Source: the human T2T-CHM13v2.0 reference genome, Homo sapiens. Taken from it: a DNA stretch of 64,000 bases. The stretch lies in assembly GCF_009914755.1 (NCBI RefSeq), contig NC_060926.1; one strand, given 5' to 3'. The translations under genes and the position numbers were made by a program. Numbering within the stretch: the stretch's first letter is position 1; every line of letters begins with the position of its first letter. Below the pieces are notes generated by a model that was given only the letters and a program-made list of their open reading frames with translations, made no database searches and was not told where the DNA came from. This document shows, one piece after another, positions 32,444-46,309 of the stretch.

Positions 32444-34783
32444 TTCTCTTGCTGCTTTTAGGATCCTGTCTTTTTCTAATGCCTTTGGAAGATTGATTAT
32501 TATATGCCTTGTGATTTCTTAATTGGGCTAAATCTGTTTGGTGATCTCTGACCCTCTTGTACCTGAGTATTTCTATCGTTCTCAAGGTTTGGAAAGTTTT
32601 GTATTATCATTTCTTTGAATCAGCACTCTAGCCCTTACTATTTATCAGCTCTCTTTTGAATCTCAATGATTCTCAGATTTGCTCTTTTGAGCTGATTTTC
32701 TATATCCCATAAGATATAGTTCTTTGTTCCTTTGTATTGTTTTTTTTTTTATTTTCTGACTGTCTATATTCAATTAGCACGCCTTCAAAAGGCCTCTCTT
32801 TTCTTTTTAGTCCATTCTGCTTTTAAAAGCCTCAAATGTATTTTTCAGTTTCACAAAGGTATTTTTCCAGTTTCAGTATTTCTATTTGATATTTTAATTA
32901 TAATTTTTTATTATTACAATCTATTTTTAAATTTCTCTGATAGATTTCTGAGTTGCTTTTTTCTGTTATCTTATAGTTTTATTACAAGTACTATTTTCTA
33001 ATTCTTCATGTCAGAGCTCACATATATATCATTGTCTCATTAGGGTCAGTTACTCGCTTCTTGATTTGTCTGTTTGAGGATGCCATGGTTACCTCTTTGC
33101 TCTTGTTTCTTATTAGCATCCAACTATGTCTTCACATTCAAGGATTAGTTATTTATTTGAGTCTTCACTGTCTGGCTTGTCTTAGCTTTTTTTATATATG
33201 ATTGCTTACAGGTTCCTTGAAAATTACTTGTTTAATTTTTTAATTATATTTCAGATTTCTCACATTATTTTTTGAAATTTTTATTATATTTTGCCTTTTA
33301 CTCTCTTTGATTTTATAGTTTTCTATGATTTCCTAATTTGTATACTCATTTATTTATTTTCAACATTTTACAAAACTTATTATTATAAATATCTTTTTAG
33401 GTTCCATGTTAGCTCATCACACTAGTTTATATACAGTTACATCACACCAGTTAAGATAACATTAGCATTAAATTAGGATTGCTGCTGCAGGGTCTGGGAG
33501 AAAGCCAAAAAATTGTGAGGCCCAAAGTGTGAAAGTATGAAAGGGGGATCATCTGTCCCTGAACACACATCCCCACTGGGGAACCTCAAGGTCCAGACCA
33601 CAGGAGAAGGATTTGACCTTACCTAGAACTGAGACAAACGTAGAGAGCCGAGCAAGATACAGTGGTAGAGAAAGGAGCAGGAAGAGCCCTGTGGGCACTC
33701 TCAGTCCCCAGGGAAGCCATTTCTGACTTTGTCTCACAGGTGTCCTTCAGGTGGGCTGCCAGTGGAATTGACAAAAGACCACAGACAGAAGGAAACCTCC
33801 AGCTTTACTTAGTAACAATTTCAACCAAATGCAGAGTTTCCTGGACAGAATCTGGGGGAGAGTGTGAAACAGGAGTGCAGACACAGCTCAGAAGCTGTGG
33901 CAGGTGGTGAGGTGCAAAACCTGAAAGTCCTGCTTGCGTTCCCAGTGGGGAGGCCTGGAACATGGGACAAGTCCTCAACCCTGCTCACTCACTGCCAGGC
34001 AATAAACTTGGTGCTGTTGGGGGAGGCATGGTGGGAGTGAGACTGGCCTTTCAGGCTGCATGGAAGCTGGATGAGGCCTCTAACTGCTGGTGTTCCCCCA
34101 CTTCCCTGCGGACCTGCATGATACAGCAGAGGCAGCCATAATACCCCCTGGGAACTTAACTCCGTTGGGCTAAGGACCACACCCCCATCCTTCAAAGCAG
34201 CCTCAGCAAGCCCCGTCCAAGAAGAGTCTGAGCTCAGACACACCCAAACCTGCCCCCACCTGATAGTCTTTCTCTACCTGCCCTGGTAGCCAATTACAAA
34301 GGATATAATCTAGCGCGAGCTTTATGGCCCTGCCCACCACCTAAGAAACATACCCAGGCAACCCTAAGGGAACCTTGTATCCTCCTTATACTGCCGCAGC
34401 TGATGCTGTCTTGAAAGTGCCACCTTCTGGCTGGAGTCAAACTAACCGAAAACTAGCACAATAAAAAAAATGCAACCAAGGACCCTCACAGATCCACTTC
34501 ATACCACTGTTATCTTCCCCAGAGCAGGTACTGGTATACAGGGCTGAGAGACCTGAAGATGGATGACATCACAGGAGTCTTGGCAGACACACCCCAGTAC
34601 CAGCCCAGAGCCCGGTAGCTCCACTGGGCAGCTAGATCCAGAAGAGAAATAACAGTCACTTCAGTTTGGTTCTCAGGAAGCCACATCCCTGAGCACCCAC
34701 ATCCAGCAAGCACCCTGTGGAATAAAAGAATCTGAATAGCAGCTCATGAGCCCCAGATCTTCCCTCTGATGTAGCCTACCAAA

Positions 34784-36140
<1,357 letters not shown>

Positions 36141-36192
36141 CTATAAAGAAATAACACAATTTTAAAAAAGACTTCAGGCAACAAATAGCAAA

Positions 36193-39100
36193 ATGAATAG
36201 AATAGTACCTCACATACTAACATTGAAAGTAAATGGTCTAAATGCTCCACTTAAAAGATACAGAATGGCAGAATGGATAAAAATTCACCAACCAAATATC
36301 TGCTGTCTTCAAGAGACTCACCTAACACATAAAGACTCACATAAAATTAAGGTAAAGGGGTGGAAAAAGACATTCCATGCAAATGGACACCAAAAGAGGG
36401 CAGGAATAGCTATTCTTCTATCAAACAAAATAAACTTTAAAGCAACAGCAGTTTAAAGAGCAGAGAGGAACATTATAAAATAATAAAAGGAATTATCCAA
36501 CAGGAAGATATCACAATCCTAAATATATATGCACCTAACACTGGATCTCCTCAATTATAAAACTATTACTACTAGACAAGAAATACGATAGCAACACAAT
36601 AATAGTGGGGGACTTCAATACTCTACGGATGTCATTAGACAGGTCATCAAGATAGAAATTCAACAAAGAAACAGTGGACTTAAACTATACCTTAGAACAA
36701 ATGGACTGAACAGATATTTACATAACATTCTACCAAACACCTGCAGAATATACACTGTGTTTATCAGCTCATGGAACATTCTCCAAGATAGGCCACATTA
36801 CAGGCCACAAAACAAGTCTCAATAAATTTAAGAAAATTGAAATTATATCAAGTGCTCTTTCAGACCACAGTGAAATACAATTGGAAATCAACTCCAAAAG
36901 GAACTCTCAAAACTATGCAAACACATGGAAATTAAATAAGCTGCTTCTTACTTTTTATTGGGTCAACAATTAAATCAAGATGAAAAAAATTCTTTGAACT
37001 GAACAATAATAGTGGTACAACCTATCAAAATTTCTGGGATACAGCAAAGACAGTAGTTCAATGCTATGAACTAAGAGACAACTTCATAGCATTAAATGCC
37101 TACATCAAAAAGTCTGAAAGAACACAAATAGACAATCTAAGCTCACACCTCAGGAACTAGGGAAAAAAGAACAATCCAAACCCAAGGCCAGAAGAAGAAA
37201 ATAAATAACACAAATCAGACTTAACTAACTGAAACACAAACAAACAAAAAACAATACAAAAGATAAATGAAACAAAAAGGTGGTTCTTTGAAAAGATAAA
37301 CACATTTGATAAACCATTAGCAAGATTAACCAAGAAAAGGAGAGAGAAGATACAAATAAGCTCAACTGGAAATGAAACGGGAGATATTACAACTGATACC
37401 ACAGAAATACAAAAGATCATTCAAGGCTACTATGAACACTTTTACATGCATTAACTAGAAAACCTAGAAAAAAACAGACAAATTCCTGGAAATATACAAC
37501 CCTCCTGGCCTAAACCAGGAAGAAATAGAAACTCCAAACAGACCAAAACCAAGCAGCAATATTTAAATGGTAATAAAAAAAATTGCCAACAAAAAAAGTC
37601 CAGGAGCAGATGGATTCACAGCTGAATTCTATCAGACATTCAAAGAATTGGGACCAATCCTACCCTATTGACACTATTGCATAAGATAGAGAAAGAGGAA
37701 ATCAGCAGGGCACAGTGGCTTATGACTGTTATCCCAGCACTTTGGGAGGCCGAGGCAGGCAGATCACGAGGTCAAGAGAGCAAGACCATCCTGGCAAACA
37801 TGGTGAAACCCCCGTCTCTACTAAAATTACAAAAAAAAAAAAAAAAAAAAAAAATTGCTGGGCTTGGTGATGCACACCTGTAGTCCCAGCTGCTCAGGAG
37901 GCTGAAGCAGGAGAATCACTATGACAAACCCACAGTCAACATTATGCTGAACAGGAGAAAGTTGACATCATTGCCCCTAAGAACTGGAGCAAGAAAAGGA
38001 CATCGAGTTTCAGCACTTTTATTCAACATATTACTGGAAGCCCTAGCCAGAGCAATCAGACAAGAGAATGAAATAAAGGGCATCCAAAGAGGTAAAGAGG
38101 AACTCAAAATGTCACTGTTTGCTGTTGATATGATTGTATACCTAGAAAACCATAAAGACTCATCCAAAAAGCTCCTAGAACTGATAAATGAATTCAGCAA
38201 AGTTTCAGGATACAAAATTAATGTACACAAATCAGTAGCTCTGCTAAACACCAACAGCTACACAGCTGATAATTAAATCAAGAACCCCACCTTTTTTTAC
38301 AATAGGTGTAATAAAATAAAATAAAATAAAATACTTAGGAATATACCTAACCAAGGAGGTAAAAGTCATTTATAAGGAAAACTACAAAACACTGCTGAAA
38401 GAAATTATAGATGGCACAAACAAATAGGCCATAAAATGGCCATAAAAATGGCCATACTGCCAAAAACAATCTACAAATTCAATGCAATTCCCATCAAAAT
38501 ACCACCATCATTCTTCACAGAACTAGACAAAGCAATCCTAAAATTCATATGGAACCAAAAAAGAGCCTACACATAGCCAAAGCAAGAATAAGCAAAAACA
38601 ACAAATATGGAGGCATCACATTGCCTGACTTCAAACTATACTATAAGGCCATAGTCACCAAAACAGCATGGTACTGGTGTAAAAATAGACACATAGACCA
38701 ATGAAACAGAATAGAGAACCCAGAAATAAAGCCAAATACTTACGGCCAACTGATCATAGACAAAGCAAACAAAAACATAAATTGGGAAAAGGACACCCTA
38801 TTCAACAAATGGTGCTGGGATAACTGGCAAGCCACTTGTAGAAGAACGAAACTGGATTCTCATCTATGAGTTCATACAAAAATCAACTCAAGGTGGATCA
38901 AAGACTTAGATCTAAGACTTGAAACCGTAAAAATTCTAGAAGATAACATCGAAAAAGCCTTTTTAGACATTGGCTTAGGCAAAGACTTGATGACCGAGAA
39001 CCCAAAAGCAAATGCAACAAAAACAAAGATAAATAGATGGGACTTAATTAGACTAAAAAGCTTCTGCACAGCAAAAGAAGTAAGGAGCAAACAGACAATG

Positions 39101-39832
39101 CACAGCATGGGAGAAAATCTTCACAAACTATGCATTGGATGAAGGACTAATATTCAAAATCAACAAGGAATTCAAACAAATCAGCAAGAAAAAAGAAACA
39201 ATCCCATCAAAAAGTAGGCTAAGGACATGAATAGACAATGCACAAAAGACAATATACAAATGTCCAATAAACAAATGAAACGATGCTCAACATCCGTCAT
39301 GATCAGGAAACTACAAATCAAAACCACAATGAGATACCACCTTACGCCTGAAAAAACGGTCATAGTCAAAAAATCAACAGATAATAGATATTGGTATGTA
39401 TGTGGTGAAAAGGGAAGACTTTTACACTGCTGGTGGGAATGTAAACCAGTAAAACCACTATGTAACACAGTGTGGAGATTCCTTAAAGAACTAAAAGTAG
39501 ATCTACCATTTGATCCAACAATCCCACTACTGGGTGTCTGCCCAGAGGAAAGGAAGTCATTATACACAAAAGATAGTTGCACACGCATGTTTTGTAGCAA
39601 TACAATTCAGAATAGCAAAAATACAGATTCAGCCCAAATGCCCATCAGTCAATAAGTCGATAGAGAAAATGTGGTATATATACACACTATGGAATACTAC
39701 TCAGTCATAAAAAGGAACAAATTAATGGCATTTGTTGCGACCTGGATAGGATTGGAGACCATTATTCTATGTGAAGTAAATCAGGAATGGAAAACCAAAC
39801 ATCATATGTTTTCACTCATAAGTGGGAGTTAA
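36193..39832 (+). pseudogene. Disrupted L1 ORF2p (endonuclease/reverse transcriptase)
   Basis: VNGLNAPLKR...CCLQETHL (endonuclease); GARKG...LLFNILLE...[10 protein letters not shown] (RT, catalytic FADD reads FAVD); HCWWECK; many stops and frameshifts. Confidence 0.9.
37704..37920 (+). mobile_element. 3'-truncated AluSc in L1PB ORF2
   Basis: Sc-type 'gatcacgaggtcaagag...gaccatcctggc'; expanded A-linker; stops at 'ggagaatcact' with no tail or TSD. Confidence 0.88.
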
Positions 39833-40199
39833 GCTAATGAGAACCTAAAGGTAACAATGATACAATGGACTTTGGGGACTCAGGGGAAAGAGTGGGAAGT
39901 AGATGAAGGATAAAAGACTCTACATTGGGTACAGTGTACACTGCTCAGTTGATGGGTGCACCAAAATCTTAGAAATCACCACTAAGTAACTTATTCATAT
40001 GACGAAAACACCACCTGTTTCCCAAAAACCAATTTAAATAAAAAGTTTAAAAATGGACGTAAATGTGAGCTATACATACATTTTGAAAGACGAATAAAAA
40101 CAAATAAAATAAAACAGAATTAGCATTAAATAGTAGTATTTTCTAAATAGTTTATTTCATTATTTCTTCCCTGGCATGTGCTTTTAAGTAATTTATTTT

Positions 40200-41415
40200 A
40201 ACAGTATTCTTTGTCTTTGACTCTATTTATTGTAACAATTACTGTACTATGGTAACAGCAGCTTTTTTTCAGTTACTATTTATGTAAAAGTTAAATAATT
40301 GCTATGCTTAATTTTTTACAAGTTTGAAATCCTTGTAGAAAAAAAGCTCCTCATTCTTGTTTTTGTTTTTAAGAAAGGTTTTTGACTATTTTGGTGTATT
40401 TACTGTTACATGTGAATTTTAGACATCTTGTTTCATTGTTGATGATTAAAATTACTTAAATTTATATTTAGAGATGAAGTTGGGGAAGATGCACCTAGAT
40501 TAATATTTTTTTATTATTATAATCTGTTAAATTTCTCTATTTCTCAATTGCTTTCTTATGTTAACGTGTAGTTTTCTTAAAAGTTCTATATTTAATGACT
40601 TTCTTTACTCTCTTTCTTTTCTTGCCATTAGTAATATTAATAAGGTTCTTACTTTAAAAATTTCTGTGTCTCTATTGTTTTAGAAATTGGTTTCTCTATA
40701 TTTCTTACTCTTAGTATCTCATATAACTCTTCATGAATTCAATTAGTTTCATTTATATTCTTCATAGGGCTCTTGAGTATCTTTTACCAAAATTTCTCCA
40801 TTCACGAGTTTTCTCCACTCATGAATTCATGAGTTTTGCAGGTTGATATGCCTCTAAAATTGTATTTTTAAAATGTAATGATTATTTGCATACAAATTAT
40901 TTATTGATTTTTTACATTTCTTTCTCTTCTACAACTTGATTAATTTACCAGTTCCAATAATTTCTGTACATTGTTTACGATTTTCAGTACACAAAATAAC
41001 AAATAACATGTGGAAATTATTTTTTATTTTGTCTCCTTTTCTTATTTAATTAAATTTAATTAATAAAGGCCACTAAAACTATGTTGAAAAAAATGCAGAC
41101 AAAAAGAGGCATCTTTGTTTTTATCAGACTCCATGTTGTCACAGTTTATCGTAAGTTTAATGTCTCTAATAGGTTGTGGGTACATATGATTAACAAATTA
41201 AATTAAGAGAGTACTCTTCCATTTTTAATTTATAAAGAATTTTTTTCATCATGTTAAGACAATTTAATTTTTCATGTATTTAATCATCTTTTAAGATGGT
41301 TTGCTTATTTAATCTGTAAATATATTTGATTACACGTGTCTGTTCTACTTTAAACTTTGCTTGGTTATAATACATGTATCATATTTTTAAACTTAATTTA
41401 CCAAGTATTTTGTTA
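40200..41415 (-). mobile_element. Highly decayed L1M ORF2 fragments
   Basis: 'ctattttggtgtatttactgttacatgtgaattttaga', 'actatgttgaaaaaaatg...ggcatctttgtttt'. Confidence 0.45.
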
Positions 41416-42559
41416 AGATTATTTATTGGAAACATCATTAGGCTCAGACTCTGCTTTTTTCAAGGGTATAAGAAGGTCAGAGGGTCAAAGACATATGTCT
41501 AAACGAAGCCCACAATCCCTTATGCATTACCTGAGCTCTCACAATCTCTGAATGCCTGTCTGCAACGGCCTTGATCATACTACCAGGGTTTCGACAGCCT
41601 TTTCTCTTGTCTTTCTTCCTGAAGCTGAACTATTTTATGGGTATGTATGCATGCCTGGATACAAGAGCCTGTACCTAAAGTGTAGCTAATTTGGTGGTAT
41701 GTAGACAAAGCTTGCACATGCAAACATGGATGTTGGTGATAAGCATACATAGAGCCATTCACTGTACAATAAAGAAATAGTGTTCAAAGATAAGGGGTAG
41801 CTGATGACTAGAAAATATTGACCAGCTCTCCCTAAAGTAATTTATTCCCACATGAAACTCAAAGAAATTATCGAATTCTAAATATCAGTAGAGCCACCCG
41901 GATCCTTACTAAAATGATACATTTTTCAAAGTAGTAACAAAGAATAAATAGTAATTGAGTTTTAAAATTTGATTTGTAGCTTTCAAATATTTACATATAT
42001 GTTACATGTATTTGCATTTGGACTATAGCCCAGAATTCCACAACTATTAGTGGATGTCCCAATGTTTATAATTGAACATTAAAAATAAATTTTATCATAT
42101 TGTTCTCAGTTTTTGTATTGATTACCTAATTTCATAAAATAACATAGGCAGCCTTAAAATTTTAGATCTCAGAAATAATTCAAATAAAAATCATTAACTC
42201 TTACTAAATTTTTTAATCTGGGCCAGTTATTTTTGGCTTGGCAGAGTTTGGTCACTAATTAAATATTTTAATTTTTATTGGCCATTGTAGAAAAGTATAA
42301 CTTTTATGTTTTCAAATGTACAGGTATACATTTTTAATGGTATCATTTAATACATCTTGACTTTAAGTGAACAGGTTTATAGCTTCTCAATTTTTATGGT
42401 GACTAACTACCTTACATGCTATTATAATCAAGAATATTAATTGCATTTTCACGACAGAAAAAAATAACTTTTGACTGGTTACAAAACTGGATTAAATCTA
42501 TTTTTACCAATAATCTACCTCATTATTTCTCTTTTCTTTCCACATTTTCTCCATTTGTT

Positions 42560-43330
42560 CCTTTTTTTATTTTTGTCACTCTTACTGACACCCTTTGGGA
42601 TTATTTCTGACAGTGTCTTTGGTGGTAATTTTAAATTGTATCTTCTTTTCTTCCTTGAATGCTAGTATTAATAGGTATAGATTTCTGCATTGGCAATTAT
42701 CGTCTCTTAGCCCTTCAAAGGTTTTACTATCAATTGGCATTTGAAGTTTCTGCAGGAAGCCTGTTGTAAGTCTCTCTGCTCTTCCTCCATCGATAATCTG
42801 TCTTTTTACTCTGGATGCTTTTAAGGTTTTCTCTTTGTCACTGATATTTTACAACATAGCTACAATTTTTCTGGGTGTACACTTATTTTTATTTATGTGT
42901 GCTTTGTAACTGAGCACCTATCTTTTTTCAATCCAACAAACTTTATAGCCAGTTTTTCTTAAAATATTGCCTTTCCGTCATTTCTTCTATTACTTACTCT
43001 GTATATTTCACCCTATTTTTCACGCTGTTTCACTTTGATGTTTTTCATTTCTTTCTCTCTATGTACTCCACCCTGAAGCCCAAACATTGCCTTTTACATT
43101 ATTATCTATTCTCAATTATTTTTTCTCATTATAATTTATTAATTTTATTTTCTAACTACAACTCTGTCATTTATCTCTTGAAAGAATTTGAAATATAATG
43201 ATTGCAAAGTCCTTTTCAGATGCCTCCCTTTTTCATGTGTTGCAATATAAATTCTCTAACTTAATGAGTTGTTTTGTTGCTTTTTTTCTAAAATTATTTT
43301 ATCCATGTTTTTTGACATGTATCTTTGCTA
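42560..43330 (-). mobile_element. Decayed L1M ORF1-region relic
   Basis: 'gataatctgtctttttactctggatgcttttaaggttttctctttgtc', 'aaatattgcctttcc'. Confidence 0.5.
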
Positions 43331-43819
43331 ACATTCTGAATGACATATGATTATTTCTTATCACCTTTAATTTTTAAGTCACTTACATTTAAAACTCTAT
43401 TTTTACCAGTTCATCAATAGATCTTACTTTGGTGTAAAGATCTTACTTACTCAACCTTCAGGAGATACCCTGAGCCCAAAGCCTGTTTAGAGCAGCCTCT
43501 AGATGAGTGGCTCTCTGCTTCTCACTACTCCCAACAGGAGTTTAGCAACAGCTGAATTAGACAGAGGGTGCATTTCTTTTATGATTTTTTTTTAAAGCAT
43601 CTTCTGGCCCTGGGTGCAAAATTTCATTCACGTCTCACTTTTGTATGAAGTTTGGTTGATGACACCACCACAAGGAATCCTTAGAGAAATAGAATTCTAA
43701 GTTACCTCTGCATAACTCTAATTCAATTTGTCCTGGAACTTCATACTGGATTATAACTTTTCATTGTGGGGAAGGAGGACAGGCCCACTGAGCTATCTGT
43801 ATGTTATGGAAGACATAAA

Positions 43820-44312
43820 GATGCTTCTACATATATACAATGTATAGTGATTAGATCAGGGTGAATAGCATACTCATCATCTCAAACATTTATCATTTCT
43901 TTTTGTTGGGAACATTCAATATCCTCCTAGATAGCTGAAACTATATAATACATTTTTGTTAACTAGAGTCATCTTACAGTGCTATAGAACACTAGAACTT
44001 ATTTCTCGTCTAGCTGTAATTTTGTATCCTTTAAAAAGTCTCTCCCTATCCCCTTCTTCTCAAAACCCTTGCCAGCCTCTTGTAATCTCTGTTCTGCTGT
44101 TTACTTCTGTGAGATCAACATTTTCTTAACTTCTGCCTATGACTGAGAACATGTGGTGTTTAACTTTATGTTCCTGGCTTATTTCACTTATAATATCCTC
44201 CATTCCCTTTCATATTGTTGCAAAGGACAGAATTTCATTCTTTTTTATTGCTAAATAGCATTCCCTTGTGTACCTGCACAACGTTTTCTTTATCCATTCA
44301 TCAGTTGCTGGA
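43820..44312 (-). mobile_element. L1MA (MA4-MA6-like) 3' UTR fragment
   Basis: 'catcatctcaaacatttatcatttc', 'cagtgctatagaacactagaacttattt', 'ctggcttatttcactta'. Confidence 0.85.
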
Positions 44313-44369
44313 TGCAACAACATAAATTGTTCTCCTTATTTCATTGAAATACAAAATATTTGTAGTATG

Positions 44370-46303
44370 TTGTATCTCACTGAGTATCCTTAAGATTATT
44401 ATTATGAATTATTTTTCTAGTATTTCGTATATTTCCTTATGATTGGGGTCTGTTATGGAGAATTATTGTGTCTCTTTGGAGATGCTACGTGTCCTTGTTT
44501 GATGTGTTGCTACACTGATTTCTATACATCTGGTAGAAAAGTTACCTTTTCTAATTTTATGGAGTAGGTTTCACAGGGAAAGACTTATTTGTGTGAATGG
44601 ATCTTGGGTGGTAGTTTGGTGGAGTACATTGGCTTTGTTTCTGGGTAGATGCAGTAGTGTAGTTTCCATGTAGTATTTTCAACTGTAATCCTTGCAAGTG
44701 ATGTTTGCACGTGTCTCAGTGACCGGCTGAGAGAATTTGTGGTGGTGGTGACATGGCTTTTCCATGAATGGGCTTGTCATGCTGTTTCCCAGGATGCGGG
44801 CATGTGGGGCCCCACAACTTGGGGCCACAAGGTTGTTACTATGACCAGGAGCATGGGCACATGGTTGTTTAGCCATCCTGGTGGCATGCCTGCCATGAGC
44901 AGCCTGTAGGGCAATTTCTCAAGCCTCAGACTTGACTGTACTGCTTCTTGGCTGGGGGTGTCCTGGTGGGAGTTTCTTCTCAGGCTCCCGATGATGGTTA
45001 AAGAATGCTGGGCCTGCCTGGGGGCAGGTCTGCCAGGATGGGCTCATGGGGCTGCTTCTCAGGCCTGGAATGTGGGGTGCAAGGCTTCCTGACCAGCCTA
45101 GGGTTATGTCTACTGACAGTAGCCCAAAAGGCTGTTTCTCAGGCTAAAGAGGTGGAAGCATAGCTGCTCATCCAGCCTCTGGGCATGTTTGCCAGGAGTG
45201 GCCCATAGGAATGCTTCTCAAGTCTGGAACATGGGAGCAAGGCTGTTCAATTGATCTGGAAGCCTGCCTCACAGGGGTGGCCTATGGGTTGTCTCTTGGG
45301 ATCTAGACATGGGCACACAGCTGCTTAGTGGGCTTGGGGGAAGGCCTATCAGGGGCAGCCGCAGGATTTTTTTTCTCAGTCCTGGGGCATGGGTGCATGG
45401 CTGCTTGGCCTGCATGGTTGAGTGTCTGCAGGGAATGGCCTACAGGGCTGTTTCTCAGGCGCTGGGGATGGATATACAGCCACTCACTGGCTCAGGAGCG
45501 TGTTAGTTGCTCAGAGGCTCAGGGCTCTCTCCCAGTCACAGGAGGGTGCTCAGTGGTTTGTCCAGGTCAGGGGGGGTCGGCCCTGCAAGGGAGTGGCAGA
45601 CTGTTCCTCTAGGTGTAAGTGAGGGCGGCAGAAGCTGATTTCGCTACTATGCAGGACCAGGATCACAGTCAATCTTGGGTCCAGGCTCCATGCTACTGGG
45701 GCTCTGGTATTCAGCCCCTTGTATAATCCAGGTATTAATATAATGAAGATGGAGGCCCAGTGCTAGAGAGGCGCCGTGGTCTGGTCCCCAGAGCAGGGTG
45801 CACTCCAGAGGTGGCCCTGGTCTCAAGATGGCACTGTGCTGCAGCAGCTTGGCTTACAGGGAGTCAGTGGGGGTGGAAGTGTACACCTTGTGCTCCTAAT
45901 CCAAGGCAATGCAGCTCTGTGAATTCCTGGCATCTTTCCAACCTGGGCCCAGTGCTTGTGCATACTGTGGGATTCTCCTGTAGTAAGGACTATGGTTATG
46001 ATTCTCCTGTAGTAAGGACTATAGTTATTGGCAGTGGCAACAGAGGATGATGGGGATCTTATGCTTACCTTTTGCCCACAACAGAAAGTTCCTCTTGACT
46101 CCAGGCAGATCCAACCCAGGTGGAGAAATTGGGCTGCAGACATTGGATGTTTCCACTGTGCTCTCCTGCACAAGTGCCTCTCCACTCCAACATTTTCCCC
46201 TCGACACTCCAGTCAAATCTAATCTGCTTACTGCTTTTGTATTTTTTTGTGGGAAGGATGAGTGCCAGGCTTCTCTTGCCAGTCATCTTTCTGATGTCAC
46301 TCT
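44370..46303 (-). mobile_element. L1M 5' end: ORF1 start region and GC-rich 5' UTR with ~79-bp monomers
   Basis: Terminates in 'cagtcatctttctgatgtcactc' (reverse: gagtgacatcagaaagatgactg, like L1M 5' termini); periodic 'gggctgtttctcagg' motifs. Confidence 0.75.
45971..46028. repeat. 29-bp tandem duplication
   Basis: gattctcctgtagtaaggactat(g/a)gttat x2, 28/29 identical. Confidence 0.9.
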
Positions 46304-46309
46304 ATAATT

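Larger units (their letters stand above)
25183..33250 (-). mobile_element. Near full-length decayed L1MA-type LINE-1 (3' UTR, ORF2, inter-ORF, ORF1) with nested L1PA material
   Basis: L1MA 3' end at 25183 ('gggatatctatcacctcaaacattta'); antisense ORF2 remnants (MIISMDAENTFTKIQH, ORF 27411-27602; MKLDPYL, ORF 26336-26524); host resumes at 32444 'tttctcttgctgcttttagg'. Confidence 0.85.

Noticed and set aside
44900-45470. CRISPR-like regularly spaced motif
   Set aside because: Mammalian DNA, degenerate tandem monomers rather than repeats with unique spacers, and no cas genes.
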